Source of the DNA: a bacterium
GTDB lineage: Bacteria; SAR324; XYD2-FULL-50-16; G965216635
DNA: 64,000 nt
NCBI GenBank assembly: GCA_965216635.1
Contig: OZ244188.1
Span: 2,144,001 to 2,208,000, forward strand
Direction of reading: 5' to 3'
Positions 1 through 10,050 of this stretch are shown piece after piece (position 1 is the first letter of the stretch; every line of letters begins with the position of its first letter). The position numbers and the translations under genes are program-made. The notes beneath the pieces are model-generated. The model did not search any database. It saw nothing but the letters and a program-made list of their open reading frames with translations, and was not told where the DNA came from.

Positions 1-245
1 ATCCACTCCAAAATAGCATCGGCACCACCGCCAGCTATTACCTGAGGAGGAGCTATATCAGGACCACCTGGTTTGATAGTGACGTTTAAGTTTTCTGCTT
101 TATAGTAGCCTTTTTCTTTTGCTACAAAATAACCCATAAACTGAGCTTGAGTAACCCATTTGAGTTGTAAAGTAAATTTATCTCTTGCGACTAAACTGCT
201 TATAGAAAAAGCAAAAACAAGAAATATAAATATCCATTTTTTCAT
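1..245 (-). CDS. ABC transporter substrate-binding protein, NMT1/THI5-like (5' part; runs off window start)
   Basis: Manual translation from ATG at 245: MKKWIFIFLVFAFSISSLVARDKFTLQLKWVTQAQFMGYFVAKEKGYYKAENLNVTIKPGGPDIAPPQVIAGGGADA; signal peptide plus the LQLKW..QAQF.GY..A.EKG.Y motif. Not in ORF track. Confidence 0.85.
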   Translation of the reverse strand, partial: MKKWIFIFLVFAFSISSLVARDKFTLQLKWVTQAQFMGYFVAKEKGYYKAENLNVTIKPGGPDIAPPQVIAGGGADAILEW

Positions 246-275
246 AAGAATTTTTATAGAATATAGTTAATAATT

Positions 276-308
276 TAGACCTTTGAATTTGCCAAATTCA
301 AAGGTTTA
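276..308. mobile_element. Minimal family-A MITE-like palindrome (the two terminal inverted repeats only)
   Basis: TAGACCTTTGAATTT-GCC-AAATTCAAAGGTTTA; same termini as the elements at 40686, 45047 and 62167. Confidence 0.7.
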
Positions 309-488
309 CAATAAAAAGTAACCTATAACAAATTTTGCAAAAAAAAAGCAACAAATTTTGCAAAAAAAATCCTTTAGCGATTGTTTTTTAAATTTTTTGG
401 GATTTTTGCGATGTGCGAGAACAAAACACCACAAACCTTGCATGCAGCAAAAAAGGACTGTAAAAGCGGAAGTAGTAGTCCTATTTTT

Positions 489-518
489 CCGAACTAGAAC
501 GTCTAATTCAACGGTCTC
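489..518 (-). mobile_element. Terminus of family-B element overlapping the 3' end of the glycosyltransferase gene
   Basis: Reverse complement GAGACCGTTGAATTAGACGTTCTAGTTCGG resembles GAGGCTATTGAATTAGACATTCTAGTTCAG at 53848. Confidence 0.7.
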
Positions 519-1288
519 GTTTCTATTTCCTTTTTTTTATTGCTATTGGATTGTTGTATTTCTAACATTTTTACATACTTAGCAAAAGTATGAAATGCAG
601 TGGTGATGCTGGAGATAAGGCCATCCTTGCCTTTTAGGAAACCTCTTTGAATAATAAATTTTTTTATAAAAGTTGCTAAACTGTGTGTTATAAGAGTAGC
701 GTAGGTTACTTTTTTTTTTCTTAAAGGCTGTTGATAGTTAGATTCTGCTGTAGAAAAGGCATTGAGTTTAGCTATCCAATCCGAATAATTCTTAAAAGTA
801 GGATGTATGATATCTGCTTTAATTTTTTTTTTTTTAGAACAACGAACAAATGAGTGAATTTCACGATCATCATAATAGGAATATTTTTTATGATAAAGAC
901 GAATTTTGTAATCAGGATAAAGTCCTTTTAACCAATGGCTTCCCAAAAAATTTTTTCTTCTCAAAGCGTAGCCTATAGTTGGGTTTTTTAAATCTAAAGA
1001 TTTAATTTGTTTCAGAGCGGACTCGCTCAGCGTCTCATCTGCGTCTATGGATAAAATCCAATCATTACTGGCCAGCTCTGCGGATTTTTTTTTTTGCAGT
1101 CCATCTCCTAAAAAAGATTGAAAATAAATTTTGGCTCCTAATTTTTTTGCTATATTTACTGTTTTGTCTTTGCTATAAGAATCAAGTACAACTACTTCAT
1201 TGCAAAGTTGGGCGACATTTTGAATACAGGTCTGAATTGTATTTTCTTCATTGAATGTAATAATTGTAGCGCTGATAGCTTTTTTCAT
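503..1288 (-). CDS. Glycosyltransferase family 2 (WaaE/KdtX-like LPS glycosyltransferase)
   Basis: ISATIITFNEE, LDSYSKDKT, WILSIDADE, YPDYKIRLY motifs. Confidence 0.85.
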   Translation of the reverse strand: MKKAISATIITFNEENTIQTCIQNVAQLCNEVVVLDSYSKDKTVNIAKKLGAKIYFQSFLGDGLQKKKSAELASNDWILSIDADETLSESALKQIKSLDLKNPTIGYALRRKNFLGSHWLKGLYPDYKIRLYHKKYSYYDDREIHSFVRCSKKKKIKADIIHPTFKNYSDWIAKLNAFSTAESNYQQPLRKKKVTYATLITHSLATFIKKFIIQRGFLKGKDGLISSITTAFHTFAKYVKMLEIQQSNSNKKKEIETRPLN

Positions 1289-1397
1289 AAAAAATTCTAG
1301 AGTAGTTTAAATTTTTGAACTTGTATTTTATTTGTTTTTAAACTAAAACAATAATTTATTTAGCAAGTTTTGACAACACGAAGCACTTTATAAAGTT

Positions 1398-1844
1398 ATG
1401 GTAACAAATTTTTTTGATATTATTTTCTTACTCATTTTTGTGTTTTCTACTCTATGGGGGTTTTTTTTAGGTTTTACAGGCTCACTTGTACTTTTTGGAT
1501 TTATCTTTTTAGGAGCTATTCTTGCAAAAGCAGTCCATCTAAATTTGCAATCTTTGATTTTACCTCTTATAGGTAATCCTAATTTGAGTGCAATAATAAG
1601 TTTTTTGATTATTCTTGTTATTTTTATTCTCTTATCCAAGTTGTTACGATTTTTTTTACACGTTTTTTTTTTCAATATAAGCGCGATAAGCAGAGTTTTC
1701 GGGGGATTGATAGGGTTCGTTATAGGAATTGTTTTAAGCTATGTATTCTTTTATGCGACTTCTAATTATATCCCTGCTTTTAAAGATGGTATTGCTCAAT
1801 CTAAAATCGTGAATATTATTTTAAACATCACTCAATTATTTTAA
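1398..1844 (+). CDS. cvpA: CvpA family membrane protein
   Basis: N.FDIIFL...S...GF..GF start, four hydrophobic segments, SRVFGGLIG motif, late QSKI. Confidence 0.7.
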   Translation: MVTNFFDIIFLLIFVFSTLWGFFLGFTGSLVLFGFIFLGAILAKAVHLNLQSLILPLIGNPNLSAIISFLIILVIFILLSKLLRFFLHVFFFNISAISRVFGGLIGFVIGIVLSYVFFYATSNYIPAFKDGIAQSKIVNIILNITQLF

Positions 1845-1866
1845 ACATCACTCAATTATTTTGATT

Positions 1867-2268
1867 ATGAAAAACAAACCTATGAAACCCCACAAGCAAA
1901 AAGGTTTCACACTTATTGAAATATCTATTGTTATTATTATTTTGGCTATTATTACTAGTTTAGTTTTCCCTAGTTATAGGAAATTGGTCGGCAAAGCAAA
2001 GCAAACGGAAGCAAAAACTACTTTACAGGCGATCTATACTGCACAAAAACTCTATTTTGCAGAAAACGACAAATACGCTATTAACTTATCCGATTTAGAT
2101 ATAGAGATTCCCAACGATGCAAGATACAGTTATTCCAATTCTGCTCTTGACAATAGTTTTTCTGTAAAAGCCGAATTTAATCTAGACCAAGACCCTGCTT
2201 TAGATACTTGGAGTATCAACGAGCAAAAAGTTTTAGAAAACACTATCAACGATCTTTATGAGGAATAG
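1867..2268 (+). CDS. Type IV pilin-like protein (PilE/PilA type)
   Basis: KGFTLIEISIVIIILAII prepilin N-methylation motif; KAKQTEAKTTL..IYTAQ..YF.E. Confidence 0.9.
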   Translation: MKNKPMKPHKQKGFTLIEISIVIIILAIITSLVFPSYRKLVGKAKQTEAKTTLQAIYTAQKLYFAENDKYAINLSDLDIEIPNDARYSYSNSALDNSFSVKAEFNLDQDPALDTWSINEQKVLENTINDLYEE

Positions 2269-3394
2269 AATTTACCGTTTTAAGGTAATTCTGCTAGCTG
2301 CCTTTTTTCTTTATTCTTCTCTAATAGCCCCAGCCTTATGGGCGAAAATTTTATACGGGGAAGGCGAAGCCTATATTTTTAAATCACAAGAAAAAAAAGC
2401 AAAAAAACAAGCCTTAGCCAATGCAAAAAGAGATATATTATTGCAAGATTTGAATAGTATTCTGGGAGAGAAAAGAGTGAGAGAAAATTTTTCTTTACTA
2501 CAAAAGGTGATTCTTATCAATACGAATCACTATCTTATAAAGATAAAAGTTCTACAGAGTTCTATAAAAGAAGGGAGTTATTTTTTAAACATACAAGCAG
2601 AGCCAAACAGAAGTAGGATTAAAAGCGCGTTGCTTGAAAATAAAATTATTTTTCCAGAAGAAAAAAAACAGAAATTTTTCTTGCTTTATTTGCCTAAAAA
2701 CCCTGCATCTTATTATATTAACAACCAGAACACAAAAACCCTTTTTGCTACTATCCGCAATCAAGGAACTACTTTTTCTTTAATCTACGATTTCAATCTT
2801 AATGCAAAACTATTAAATTCCGATATCTCCAAGATAAAAAAAAAATTAAAACTACTGGGTTTTGACGGGGTAGCAATTATAGATCTTTACTCTTTGCCTG
2901 TTTTAGAAGAGGGATTTTTTTTTCAACAATACAATATTACAAGTAGCATAGTACTCAATGAACTAAATATAAAAAATATTGATACCAATAAAATTTCTTT
3001 TCCTATCTATACAAATAGTAAAAAAAATTCTGCAGACTACAAAAAAGTTTTAGATTTTTCTATAGAACAACTTGCAGATATTCTGTCTTCTTACATGGAT
3101 GACTATTTAGGAAATTATTACGCTATAGAAAAACCCAAAAGATTTACATTAGAATTTCAGAATTTCTCTCTTTTAGAGTTGCGAAAAATTGAAGAAATAC
3201 TTAAAACTTTACAGGGTTACCAAAAAATTCGCTCCCAAGTATTAGGAAATAAGCACAAAATTTTTTATTTTTCTTCTTTAAATTTTAATAGACTATATAA
3301 TAATTTCACTACTTTAATGACGAAGAATAATATAAAATATAAAATAGACAGTCAATCTTCACTTCAAATTTATTTTTCCAAAAAATACAATTAA
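2258..3394 (+). CDS. Hypothetical exported protein (N-terminus resembles FlgT-N/LPP20-like domain)
   Basis: 378-aa ORF, signal peptide, GEGEA...AKKQALANAKR motif. Confidence 0.5.
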   Translation: MRNRIYRFKVILLAAFFLYSSLIAPALWAKILYGEGEAYIFKSQEKKAKKQALANAKRDILLQDLNSILGEKRVRENFSLLQKVILINTNHYLIKIKVLQSSIKEGSYFLNIQAEPNRSRIKSALLENKIIFPEEKKQKFFLLYLPKNPASYYINNQNTKTLFATIRNQGTTFSLIYDFNLNAKLLNSDISKIKKKLKLLGFDGVAIIDLYSLPVLEEGFFFQQYNITSSIVLNELNIKNIDTNKISFPIYTNSKKNSADYKKVLDFSIEQLADILSSYMDDYLGNYYAIEKPKRFTLEFQNFSLLELRKIEEILKTLQGYQKIRSQVLGNKHKIFYFSSLNFNRLYNNFTTLMTKNNIKYKIDSQSSLQIYFSKKYN

Positions 3395-3406
3395 TCCACT
3401 CAACGT

Positions 3407-4225
3407 ATGACTAAAAAGAATCGTTTAAATAGACTAAAAACTTTTTTAAAAAAGAAGTTTAAAAAAAAGCCTCCTATATCAACAAAAAGCCCCCAACATA
3501 TTACTCATCTAGAAAATTTTTTGAGCCAAAAAACTATTGATGAAGTGTCTGTTCCTCGCGCAAAAATAGATTTTATAAAAGAAAACACGCGACTGAAAAA
3601 TATTTTAAAAATCATCGTCCAAACAGGAAGATCCAGATTTCCAGTAATTAGAAAAGAACGTGAAGTTACAGGTTTTCTTTATGTTAAAGATATTTTTAGC
3701 TGCATCTCCGAACTATCCTCCAAGAAAGTAAAGGATATTATGCGCCCAGTAATGAAAATTTCTTATACAGCTCGCATTCAAGATGTGCTACACGATATGA
3801 AGAAAAATAAAAAACACATGGCTATTATCGTAGACGAATACGGTGATATAGACGGATTGGTGACTTTAGAAGATATTTTAGAAGAGCTAATCGGAGAAAT
3901 TGAAGATGAATTTGATAAAAGTGAGCCTGAATACAAGTTACAAACTGATGGAGCTATTGTTGATTCCACCATGCTTCTTAAAGAATTTAACCAAACTTTT
4001 GGATTTCATTTTGAAGAAGAAGGAGTAGATACTATTGGTGGTTATATTTGTTTTCTTGCAGGAAAAATCCCCATTCAAAATGAAAAATTTGTTTTAGGAA
4101 ATAGAACAGCCATCATCTTAAAAGCTAATAAAAAACAGCTGATGAAAATCAAACTTTTAAATAATACCGCAGAGCCTAAAACTGGAACAAACCTTGAAGA
4201 TACCTTTAAATCAGACATTCTCTGA
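3407..4225 (+). CDS. corC: CorC/HlyC family CBS-domain transporter-associated protein
   Basis: VPRAKI, SRFPV, MAIIVDEYGDIDGLVTLEDILEELIGEIEDEFD, DTIGG motifs. Confidence 0.85.
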   Translation: MTKKNRLNRLKTFLKKKFKKKPPISTKSPQHITHLENFLSQKTIDEVSVPRAKIDFIKENTRLKNILKIIVQTGRSRFPVIRKEREVTGFLYVKDIFSCISELSSKKVKDIMRPVMKISYTARIQDVLHDMKKNKKHMAIIVDEYGDIDGLVTLEDILEELIGEIEDEFDKSEPEYKLQTDGAIVDSTMLLKEFNQTFGFHFEEEGVDTIGGYICFLAGKIPIQNEKFVLGNRTAIILKANKKQLMKIKLLNNTAEPKTGTNLEDTFKSDIL

Positions 4226-4359
4226 TAATACAGACAAGTTGCCAATGGTTGCCCAACGAGGCGGTAAAAAAATTTTTCTAACAAATATAGAGACCTTTGC
4301 AAAGTTGGTAATACCACCAGCGTTCTGTTTAGCCAAAGCAATCGTTAAAAAAAAAATTA

Positions 4360-4484
4360 TAGACTGTCGTATTTGCATTCTGTTTAGCCGAAGCAATTGT
4401 TGAAAAAAATTTTTAACTTTTTTCTAACCATTTGGCTAGCTCGTCACAGCTGGTTTTGTCCTATTTGGCAAATTCAAAGATCTA
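4360..4484. mobile_element. Family-A MITE-like element (further remnants upstream at about 4200-4345)
   Basis: TAGAC..ATTTGCATTCTGTTTAGCC left end and GCTGGTTTTGTCCTATTTGGCAAATTCAAAGATCTA right end are shared with other copies. Confidence 0.75.
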
Positions 4485-4515
4485 TACTTATAAAATAAAT
4501 AAAAAAAACAATCTT

Positions 4516-7065
4516 ATGAAAAAAGAGCAACACCTAGTTATTGTTGAATCTCCTACAAAAGCAAAGACTCTAGCCAAGTTTTTACCTAAGGAATATAAAA
4601 TTTCTTCTTCTATGGGGCATATAAGAGATTTGCCTAGTTCTTCTAGTGAAATTCCCCAAAAAATAAAAAAAGAAAAGTGGGCTAATTTAGGTATTAACTA
4701 CCTAAAAGGATTTGAACCTTGTTATGTGGTCCCAAAAGATAAAGAAAAAACTCTCAAACAGCTTAAAAGCGATTTAGAAAACAGCACCTCTCTAATACTG
4801 GCTACAGACGACGACAGAGAAGGGGAGAGTATTGGCTGGCATTTACTAGAAGTTTTGCGACCCAAAATTCCAACGCAAAGAATGGTATTTCATCAGATTA
4901 GTAAAACAGCCGTTTTAGACGCTTTAAAGAATTTTAGAAATGTTAACCAAGACCTAGTCTATGCCCAAGAAACAAGAAGAATTTTAGACCGTCTTGTAGG
5001 CTATACTATTTCTCCTCTGCTTTGGAAAAAAATCACAACCAAGCTATCCGCTGGTAGAGTGCAATCAGTAACTATGAATTTAATTGTAGAAAAAGAGTTG
5101 GAGCGTATGAATTTTGTAAGGGCAAAATACTGGAGTCTTTCTGCCCGAATACAAAAAGATAAAATTAAAAAAAATCACGGAGAATTTGAAGTTGTGCTTT
5201 CTGAAGTGAATAATAAGAAATTAGCTACGAGTAAAGATTTTGACTCTAAAACAGGGAAATTGAAAGGCGATTGTTATCTTTTATTAGAAGAAAAAGCTCA
5301 AAAACTCCAAAAAGAGCTTACCCAAAAAGATTGGCTTGTAAAAGATTTGCAGACTAAACAACAACAACAAAATCCATATCCACCGTTTATTACTTCTACA
5401 CTACAGCAAGAAGCATCTAGTAAGTTAAAGCTAGCGGCTAGAGAAACTATGCATGTAGCACAAAAGCTTTATGAAAAAGGCTATATTACTTATATGCGAA
5501 CCGACTCCGTTCAAATATCTAGTGCAAAAATAGATACTATTCGTGAATCTATTTTGAAACTTTGGGGAGAAAAATTTCTTAACCCTGAAATTCGTCTTTA
5601 TAAAAGTAAATCCAAAACCGCACAAGAAGCTCACGAAGCTATTCATCCTGTAGATATTTCTTTAAAACCAGACTCCATAGGAGAAAACAAAGCAGAATCT
5701 AGCCTATATTCTTTGATCTGGAAGCGGACTATGGCATCTCAAATGTCTAATCTGATTAAAGAATTTGTCAATGTAGATATTTCTGTAGCTAATTGCATTT
5801 TCAGAGGTACTGGTAAAAAAATCATTCACGAAGGCTATTTGGCTGCTTACGATTTAGATAAAACTGATGCGCAGCAAACATTGCCTGTTTTAGAAAAAGG
5901 AGAAAAACTAAATTGCAACGAGCTTCAAGTAGACGCTCACGAGACCAATCCACCTGTGAGATATACAGAAGCGGGAATAATCAAATTTTTAGAAAAAGAA
6001 GATATAGGAAGACCCAGCACCTACGCCTCTATAATATCTACAATTATTGCTCGCAATTATGTAAAAAAAATATCAGATGCACTAGTGCCCACCTTTATTG
6101 CTTTTGCAGTAGCTAAATTTCTAAAAGACAATTTTCCTGAATTTATCAATGTAAAATTCACCGCCCATATGGAAGCCGTGTTAGATGAAATTGCAGAAGG
6201 AAAAAAAGATTGGCAAAAATATCTTGAAGGATTTTATAACGGAAAAAAAGGACTACTCGCCATCGCAGAAGCTCACTACAAAGCAGAGACAACAAATGCC
6301 TATAAAAAAATCCAGTTGCCCAAATTGCCCGAAATTAGAATTTCTCGCTACGGTGCTTATATTCAAAAAGAAGATAGCGGGCAAGTGGAAAATGTGAATA
6401 TTCCACAAGATGTTTTGCCTTCCGATTTGAATGCCAGTTATATTGAAGAATTATTTGAACACAAGAAAACAGGTAACGAACTAGGAATAGAACCCAAAAC
6501 AGGATTGCCTATTTTACTTTTATACGGCATGTATGGAAGTTATCTACAATTAGGTATTAGCGATACCCCCCAAAAACCTAAAAGAGTAACCATTCCTAAA
6601 TTTCTACCAATTTCTAAAATCACATTGGACTTAGCCCTTAAACTCATGTCCTTGCCCATCAAACTTGGAGAACACCCAGAAGGAGGCTCGGTAGAAATAA
6701 ATACCGGAAGATATGGTCCCTATGTTTCTAGAATTTTGAAAGATAATAAAAAATTTTTTTCTTCTATTTCTTACGAACAAATAGGAAATTTAAGTTTAGA
6801 AGAAGCTCTTATCGTTTTAAAAACTCCTAAAAAATCAGCTAGAGAAAAGAAACTTTTACGAGATTTAGGAGCACACCCTGTAGATAGAAATGCTATTGGA
6901 ATTTACGAAGGACCTTACGGAAACTATATAAAATACGGCACTATAAATGTTGCTATGCCTAAGGATAAAACAGTAGAAGCTATCTCTTTACAGGAAGCAT
7001 TACAATACATAGAAGAAAAAAATAAGAGTGAGAATAAGAAGCAATTTCGCAAAAGAAAACAATAG
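4516..7065 (+). CDS. topA: DNA topoisomerase I with C-terminal Topo_C repeats
   Basis: LVIVESPTKAKT, GHIRDL, ATDDDREGE, SAGRVQS, GYITYMRTDS, GRYGPY repeats; start moved to ATG 4516. Confidence 0.97.
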   Translation: MKKEQHLVIVESPTKAKTLAKFLPKEYKISSSMGHIRDLPSSSSEIPQKIKKEKWANLGINYLKGFEPCYVVPKDKEKTLKQLKSDLENSTSLILATDDDREGESIGWHLLEVLRPKIPTQRMVFHQISKTAVLDALKNFRNVNQDLVYAQETRRILDRLVGYTISPLLWKKITTKLSAGRVQSVTMNLIVEKELERMNFVRAKYWSLSARIQKDKIKKNHGEFEVVLSEVNNKKLATSKDFDSKTGKLKGDCYLLLEEKAQKLQKELTQKDWLVKDLQTKQQQQNPYPPFITSTLQQEASSKLKLAARETMHVAQKLYEKGYITYMRTDSVQISSAKIDTIRESILKLWGEKFLNPEIRLYKSKSKTAQEAHEAIHPVDISLKPDSIGENKAESSLYSLIWKRTMASQMSNLIKEFVNVDISVANCIFRGTGKKIIHEGYLAAYDLDKTDAQQTLPVLEKGEKLNCNELQVDAHETNPPVRYTEAGIIKFLEKEDIGRPSTYASIISTIIARNYVKKISDALVPTFIAFAVAKFLKDNFPEFINVKFTAHMEAVLDEIAEGKKDWQKYLEGFYNGKKGLLAIAEAHYKAETTNAYKKIQLPKLPEIRISRYGAYIQKEDSGQVENVNIPQDVLPSDLNASYIEELFEHKKTGNELGIEPKTGLPILLLYGMYGSYLQLGISDTPQKPKRVTIPKFLPISKITLDLALKLMSLPIKLGEHPEGGSVEINTGRYGPYVSRILKDNKKFFSSISYEQIGNLSLEEALIVLKTPKKSAREKKLLRDLGAHPVDRNAIGIYEGPYGNYIKYGTINVAMPKDKTVEAISLQEALQYIEEKNKSENKKQFRKRKQ

Positions 7066-7151
7066 ACTTTTATTTTAATTTTTTTTAAAATTTTCAACGC
7101 TGCATAGGCTAAACAGCTGGTTTTGTCCTATTTGGCAAATTCAAAAGTCTA
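7063..7151. mobile_element. Family-A MITE-like element beginning on the topA TAG stop
   Basis: TAGACTTTT...GGCTAAACAGCTGGTTTTGTCCTATTTGGCAAATTCAAAAGTCTA. Confidence 0.75.
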
Positions 7152-7195
7152 TTATAGTCTATGGGTGAAAGATTAATCTTCAAACTATTAACAGA

Positions 7196-7807
7196 ATGAA
7201 AAAAGCAACCGATAAGTTCTTAAAAGTAAAACATCTTTTTAAAGAGCAAGTAAATTTTGTAACTTATCTAGTGAATAAATTTGGAAAACAAGGTGTGCAA
7301 ATCATTAAAGTTATCAAGCTAATATTTTTAATAGATGTCTATACTTTAAGGAATTATGGCAGATTATTAAGTAATGATAGATACTATGCTTTTGAAAAGG
7401 GTCCTGTTGCTTCTACAATAGATAATATAATGGAGAAAAAAAAAGAATATTTAGAAAACCAAACAGATATAGAATATGTAGAATATTTTTTAAAAACCCA
7501 AAGTGAAAAAATCACATCTTATTCTAAAATTCTTGCAATTAGAAAAGCTGATGAATATTATCTATTAGAAATAGGTAAAAAAATTACAGATAAAATTTTT
7601 GATCTATACGGCAATAAAAGTCATAATGAATTAATAAACTTAACCCATAAATTTAGTGCTTGGAAGAAACACAAAACTACATTGGAGACTGCCGTTCGTG
7701 TTGATATGAATATAGAAGATTTATTGATCAATGATGGCAATGATAACCATTTGAAAGTAACAAACAAAAAATTAGCATCTGCAAAAAGAATGTATGCCTA
7801 CTACTAA
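7196..7807 (+). CDS. Panacea (SocA/DUF4065) domain protein
   Basis: KVIKLIFLID...YGR....D.YYA...GPV and L..LTH....W motifs. Confidence 0.75.
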   Translation: MKKATDKFLKVKHLFKEQVNFVTYLVNKFGKQGVQIIKVIKLIFLIDVYTLRNYGRLLSNDRYYAFEKGPVASTIDNIMEKKKEYLENQTDIEYVEYFLKTQSEKITSYSKILAIRKADEYYLLEIGKKITDKIFDLYGNKSHNELINLTHKFSAWKKHKTTLETAVRVDMNIEDLLINDGNDNHLKVTNKKLASAKRMYAYY

Positions 7808-7923
7808 TGATATTGGTTTAAAAATGGAGTTAAATCGTGATTGAAAAACTTAAAGCACTATAGTATTTTGAAGAAAAAAGTAAAAGTGATGCGAAGAAAA
7901 AAATCCGCAAAAGATAAATAATT

Positions 7924-9033
7924 ATGACCATACTAAACCCCAAAGAAGTATCCGCTCTTTTAAAAGATATAGAACCAGATTACCCAAAGTCTAGCACTGG
8001 TAAGGAGGATTTTGGTACGACTGATTTTCATAAACCAAGAAAAACACAAAACTTTTCCAAAGCCCAAACTGCCAGAGAATATTCAGAAAAACCACAAAAA
8101 GCATCCCTTCTAAAAACAAACAAAACAGGTAACCCCTCAAAGCCATTTGTTCCTCCTCAATTCAAACCAAAAAATGATTTTCAGCAAACAAAAATCTTTG
8201 AAAATATTTATCCCGCGTTAGAAGCAGTCCTTGCCAAATTGATTTCTTTTCTACAAATAACAATTTCTGAATTTTCTAAAAAAGAAACTAAAATTGTCTA
8301 CCAGTCTGTAATTCGCACAAGGTTTAAAGATTTCGCCCTTCCCGAAGATGCTATAATCAATGCCTACCAGTTAGAGCCTATAAATAATTTTGTCTTTTTT
8401 AGCGTAGAAACTTTATTTTTAGAGACCCTGTTTCAGGCAAAAGTGATGCTGGCAAAAACGCAAAACTCCTCTGAATTATCGTCTAAAAAAATTAAGGAAT
8501 TGCATAAAACATTTCATAAAGATTTTTTTTTAAAATGTGAAAAAAATTGGAATCAAGCTTGGAATCATCTTTATCCTATCCAGTGTCAATACACACATAG
8601 TTTTACAAAAAAAGATTTTTATAAGGTTGTCTCCAAAAGAGTTTATGGGTTACATTTTCTTTTTTGGGTTTATTTAAACAAAAAAAAACACTCCTTTTCC
8701 GTCTCTTTCCACGACAAATTAGTCTCGCAGCTAACGCGAGATAGACATAGCTTAAATTCACTACTTCCTTTGCAAACAAGAAAAAAATTATTTATGCAAA
8801 ATATTTTTCAGAAGAAAGTGCAAGCACAAATTCTACTCGGAGGCTATAAAGTATCTTTACAAGAATTGATTGCTTTAGAAGAAGGTGATACCATCTTGAC
8901 AGAATACAAACAAGGAGAGGCTATTTTATTTGTTGTGGAGGGTAGTGTGAAGTTTTCAGGGCAATTTTTTTCTTACCAAGACAAGAAGGCAGTTAAATTA
9001 GTGAAATCTTTAGAACCGCCGCAAGATGTCTAA
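7924..9033 (+). CDS. fliM: Divergent FliM-like flagellar switch protein with C-terminal FliN/SpoA domain
   Basis: N-terminal ILNPKEVSALL (cf. LSQ.EIDALL); C-terminal LG...VSLQELIALEEGD.I...VEG..KF.G. Confidence 0.65.
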   Translation: MTILNPKEVSALLKDIEPDYPKSSTGKEDFGTTDFHKPRKTQNFSKAQTAREYSEKPQKASLLKTNKTGNPSKPFVPPQFKPKNDFQQTKIFENIYPALEAVLAKLISFLQITISEFSKKETKIVYQSVIRTRFKDFALPEDAIINAYQLEPINNFVFFSVETLFLETLFQAKVMLAKTQNSSELSSKKIKELHKTFHKDFFLKCEKNWNQAWNHLYPIQCQYTHSFTKKDFYKVVSKRVYGLHFLFWVYLNKKKHSFSVSFHDKLVSQLTRDRHSLNSLLPLQTRKKLFMQNIFQKKVQAQILLGGYKVSLQELIALEEGDTILTEYKQGEAILFVVEGSVKFSGQFFSYQDKKAVKLVKSLEPPQDV

Positions 9034-9061
9034 AACAGGAGAATAAAAAAGACAACTAAAT

Positions 9062-9796
9062 ATGTTAGAAGCAAAAAATTTAGAAAAATTTTACCGTGAA
9101 AAACATGTAGTTAAAAAAGTATCGCTGCAGGTAAAACCCGGTCAAATTGTAGGTTTATTAGGGAGTAACGGAGCAGGGAAAACGACTACCTTTTATATGG
9201 TGATGGGATTAATTACGCCAAATCAAGGACAGGTTTTTTTGAATGCTACAGATATAACAAAAAAACCCATTCACAAAAGAGCCAGAATGGGTATAGGCTA
9301 TATACCGCAAGAAACTTCTATTTTTGAAAAATTGAGTGTAGAAGACAACATTATAGGAGTGTTACAATTTTATATGTCCTCAAAAAAAAAAATCGCACAA
9401 AGATGCACAGAATTATTAGAAGAATTAGGATTAGAAAATCTCCGCAAATCGCTTGCTATTAGTTTGTCTGGAGGCGAAAAAAAAAGATTGGAAATTGCGA
9501 GAGCAATGGTGAATAATCCTCAAATTATTTTAATGGACGAACCATTTGCAGGAGTAGACCCAATTGCTATTGAAGCCGTTCATAAATTGATGTACTCACT
9601 AGTAAAAAAAAATATAGGTATTTTGATTACAGACCACAATGCAAAAGAAATTTTACGTATTGTAGATAAAGTTTTTTTGATGAATAATGGAGAAATTCTC
9701 ACTGAAGGCACTCCAGAAACGATTGTTAAGCACTCGCTAGCAAAAAAATATTATTTTGGTAGTCATTTTTCTTCCGATGAACAAAGAGAGGTTTGA
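9062..9796 (+). CDS. lptB: LPS export ABC transporter ATP-binding protein
   Basis: GLLGSNGAGKTT, LSGGE..RLEIARA, DEPFAGVDPI, ILITDHN. Confidence 0.95.
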   Translation: MLEAKNLEKFYREKHVVKKVSLQVKPGQIVGLLGSNGAGKTTTFYMVMGLITPNQGQVFLNATDITKKPIHKRARMGIGYIPQETSIFEKLSVEDNIIGVLQFYMSSKKKIAQRCTELLEELGLENLRKSLAISLSGGEKKRLEIARAMVNNPQIILMDEPFAGVDPIAIEAVHKLMYSLVKKNIGILITDHNAKEILRIVDKVFLMNNGEILTEGTPETIVKHSLAKKYYFGSHFSSDEQREV

Positions 9797-9847
9797 GTTA
9801 GGATTAAAACAAAGGTCTCAATTAAAAAATTAAAATGCCAAATAAAC

Positions 9848-10045
9848 TAAATCTTTAAATTTAGCTAATGTGACGTTTTTGTTTTAAACTTCAGACAGAT
9901 TATTGCCAAAGTGCTTGATCTCACTTTGGCAGTTCGCTTTTGCCAAAGCCTGTATTGGCGTAAAAGCAATAAGCTTGTTGGCTAAACAGCTAGTTTTGGC
10001 TAAACAGCTTGTTTTGGCTAAACAGAATGCAAATGCAAAAGTCTA
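9848..10045. mobile_element. Family-A MITE-like element with internal hairpin and a triplicated 18-bp unit
   Basis: Ends TAAATCTTTAAATTTAGCT and GAATGCAAATGCAAAAGTCTA; TTGGCTAAACAG x3; TGCCAAAGTG...CACTTTGGCA stem. Confidence 0.75.
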
Positions 10046-10050
10046 TAAAT

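Noticed and set aside
4432..4515. N-terminal extension of TopA (and likewise Asd 10009-10050) in the ORF track
   Set aside because: Non-ATG starts inside MITE sequence; family-typical N-termini begin at ATG 4516 and 10051
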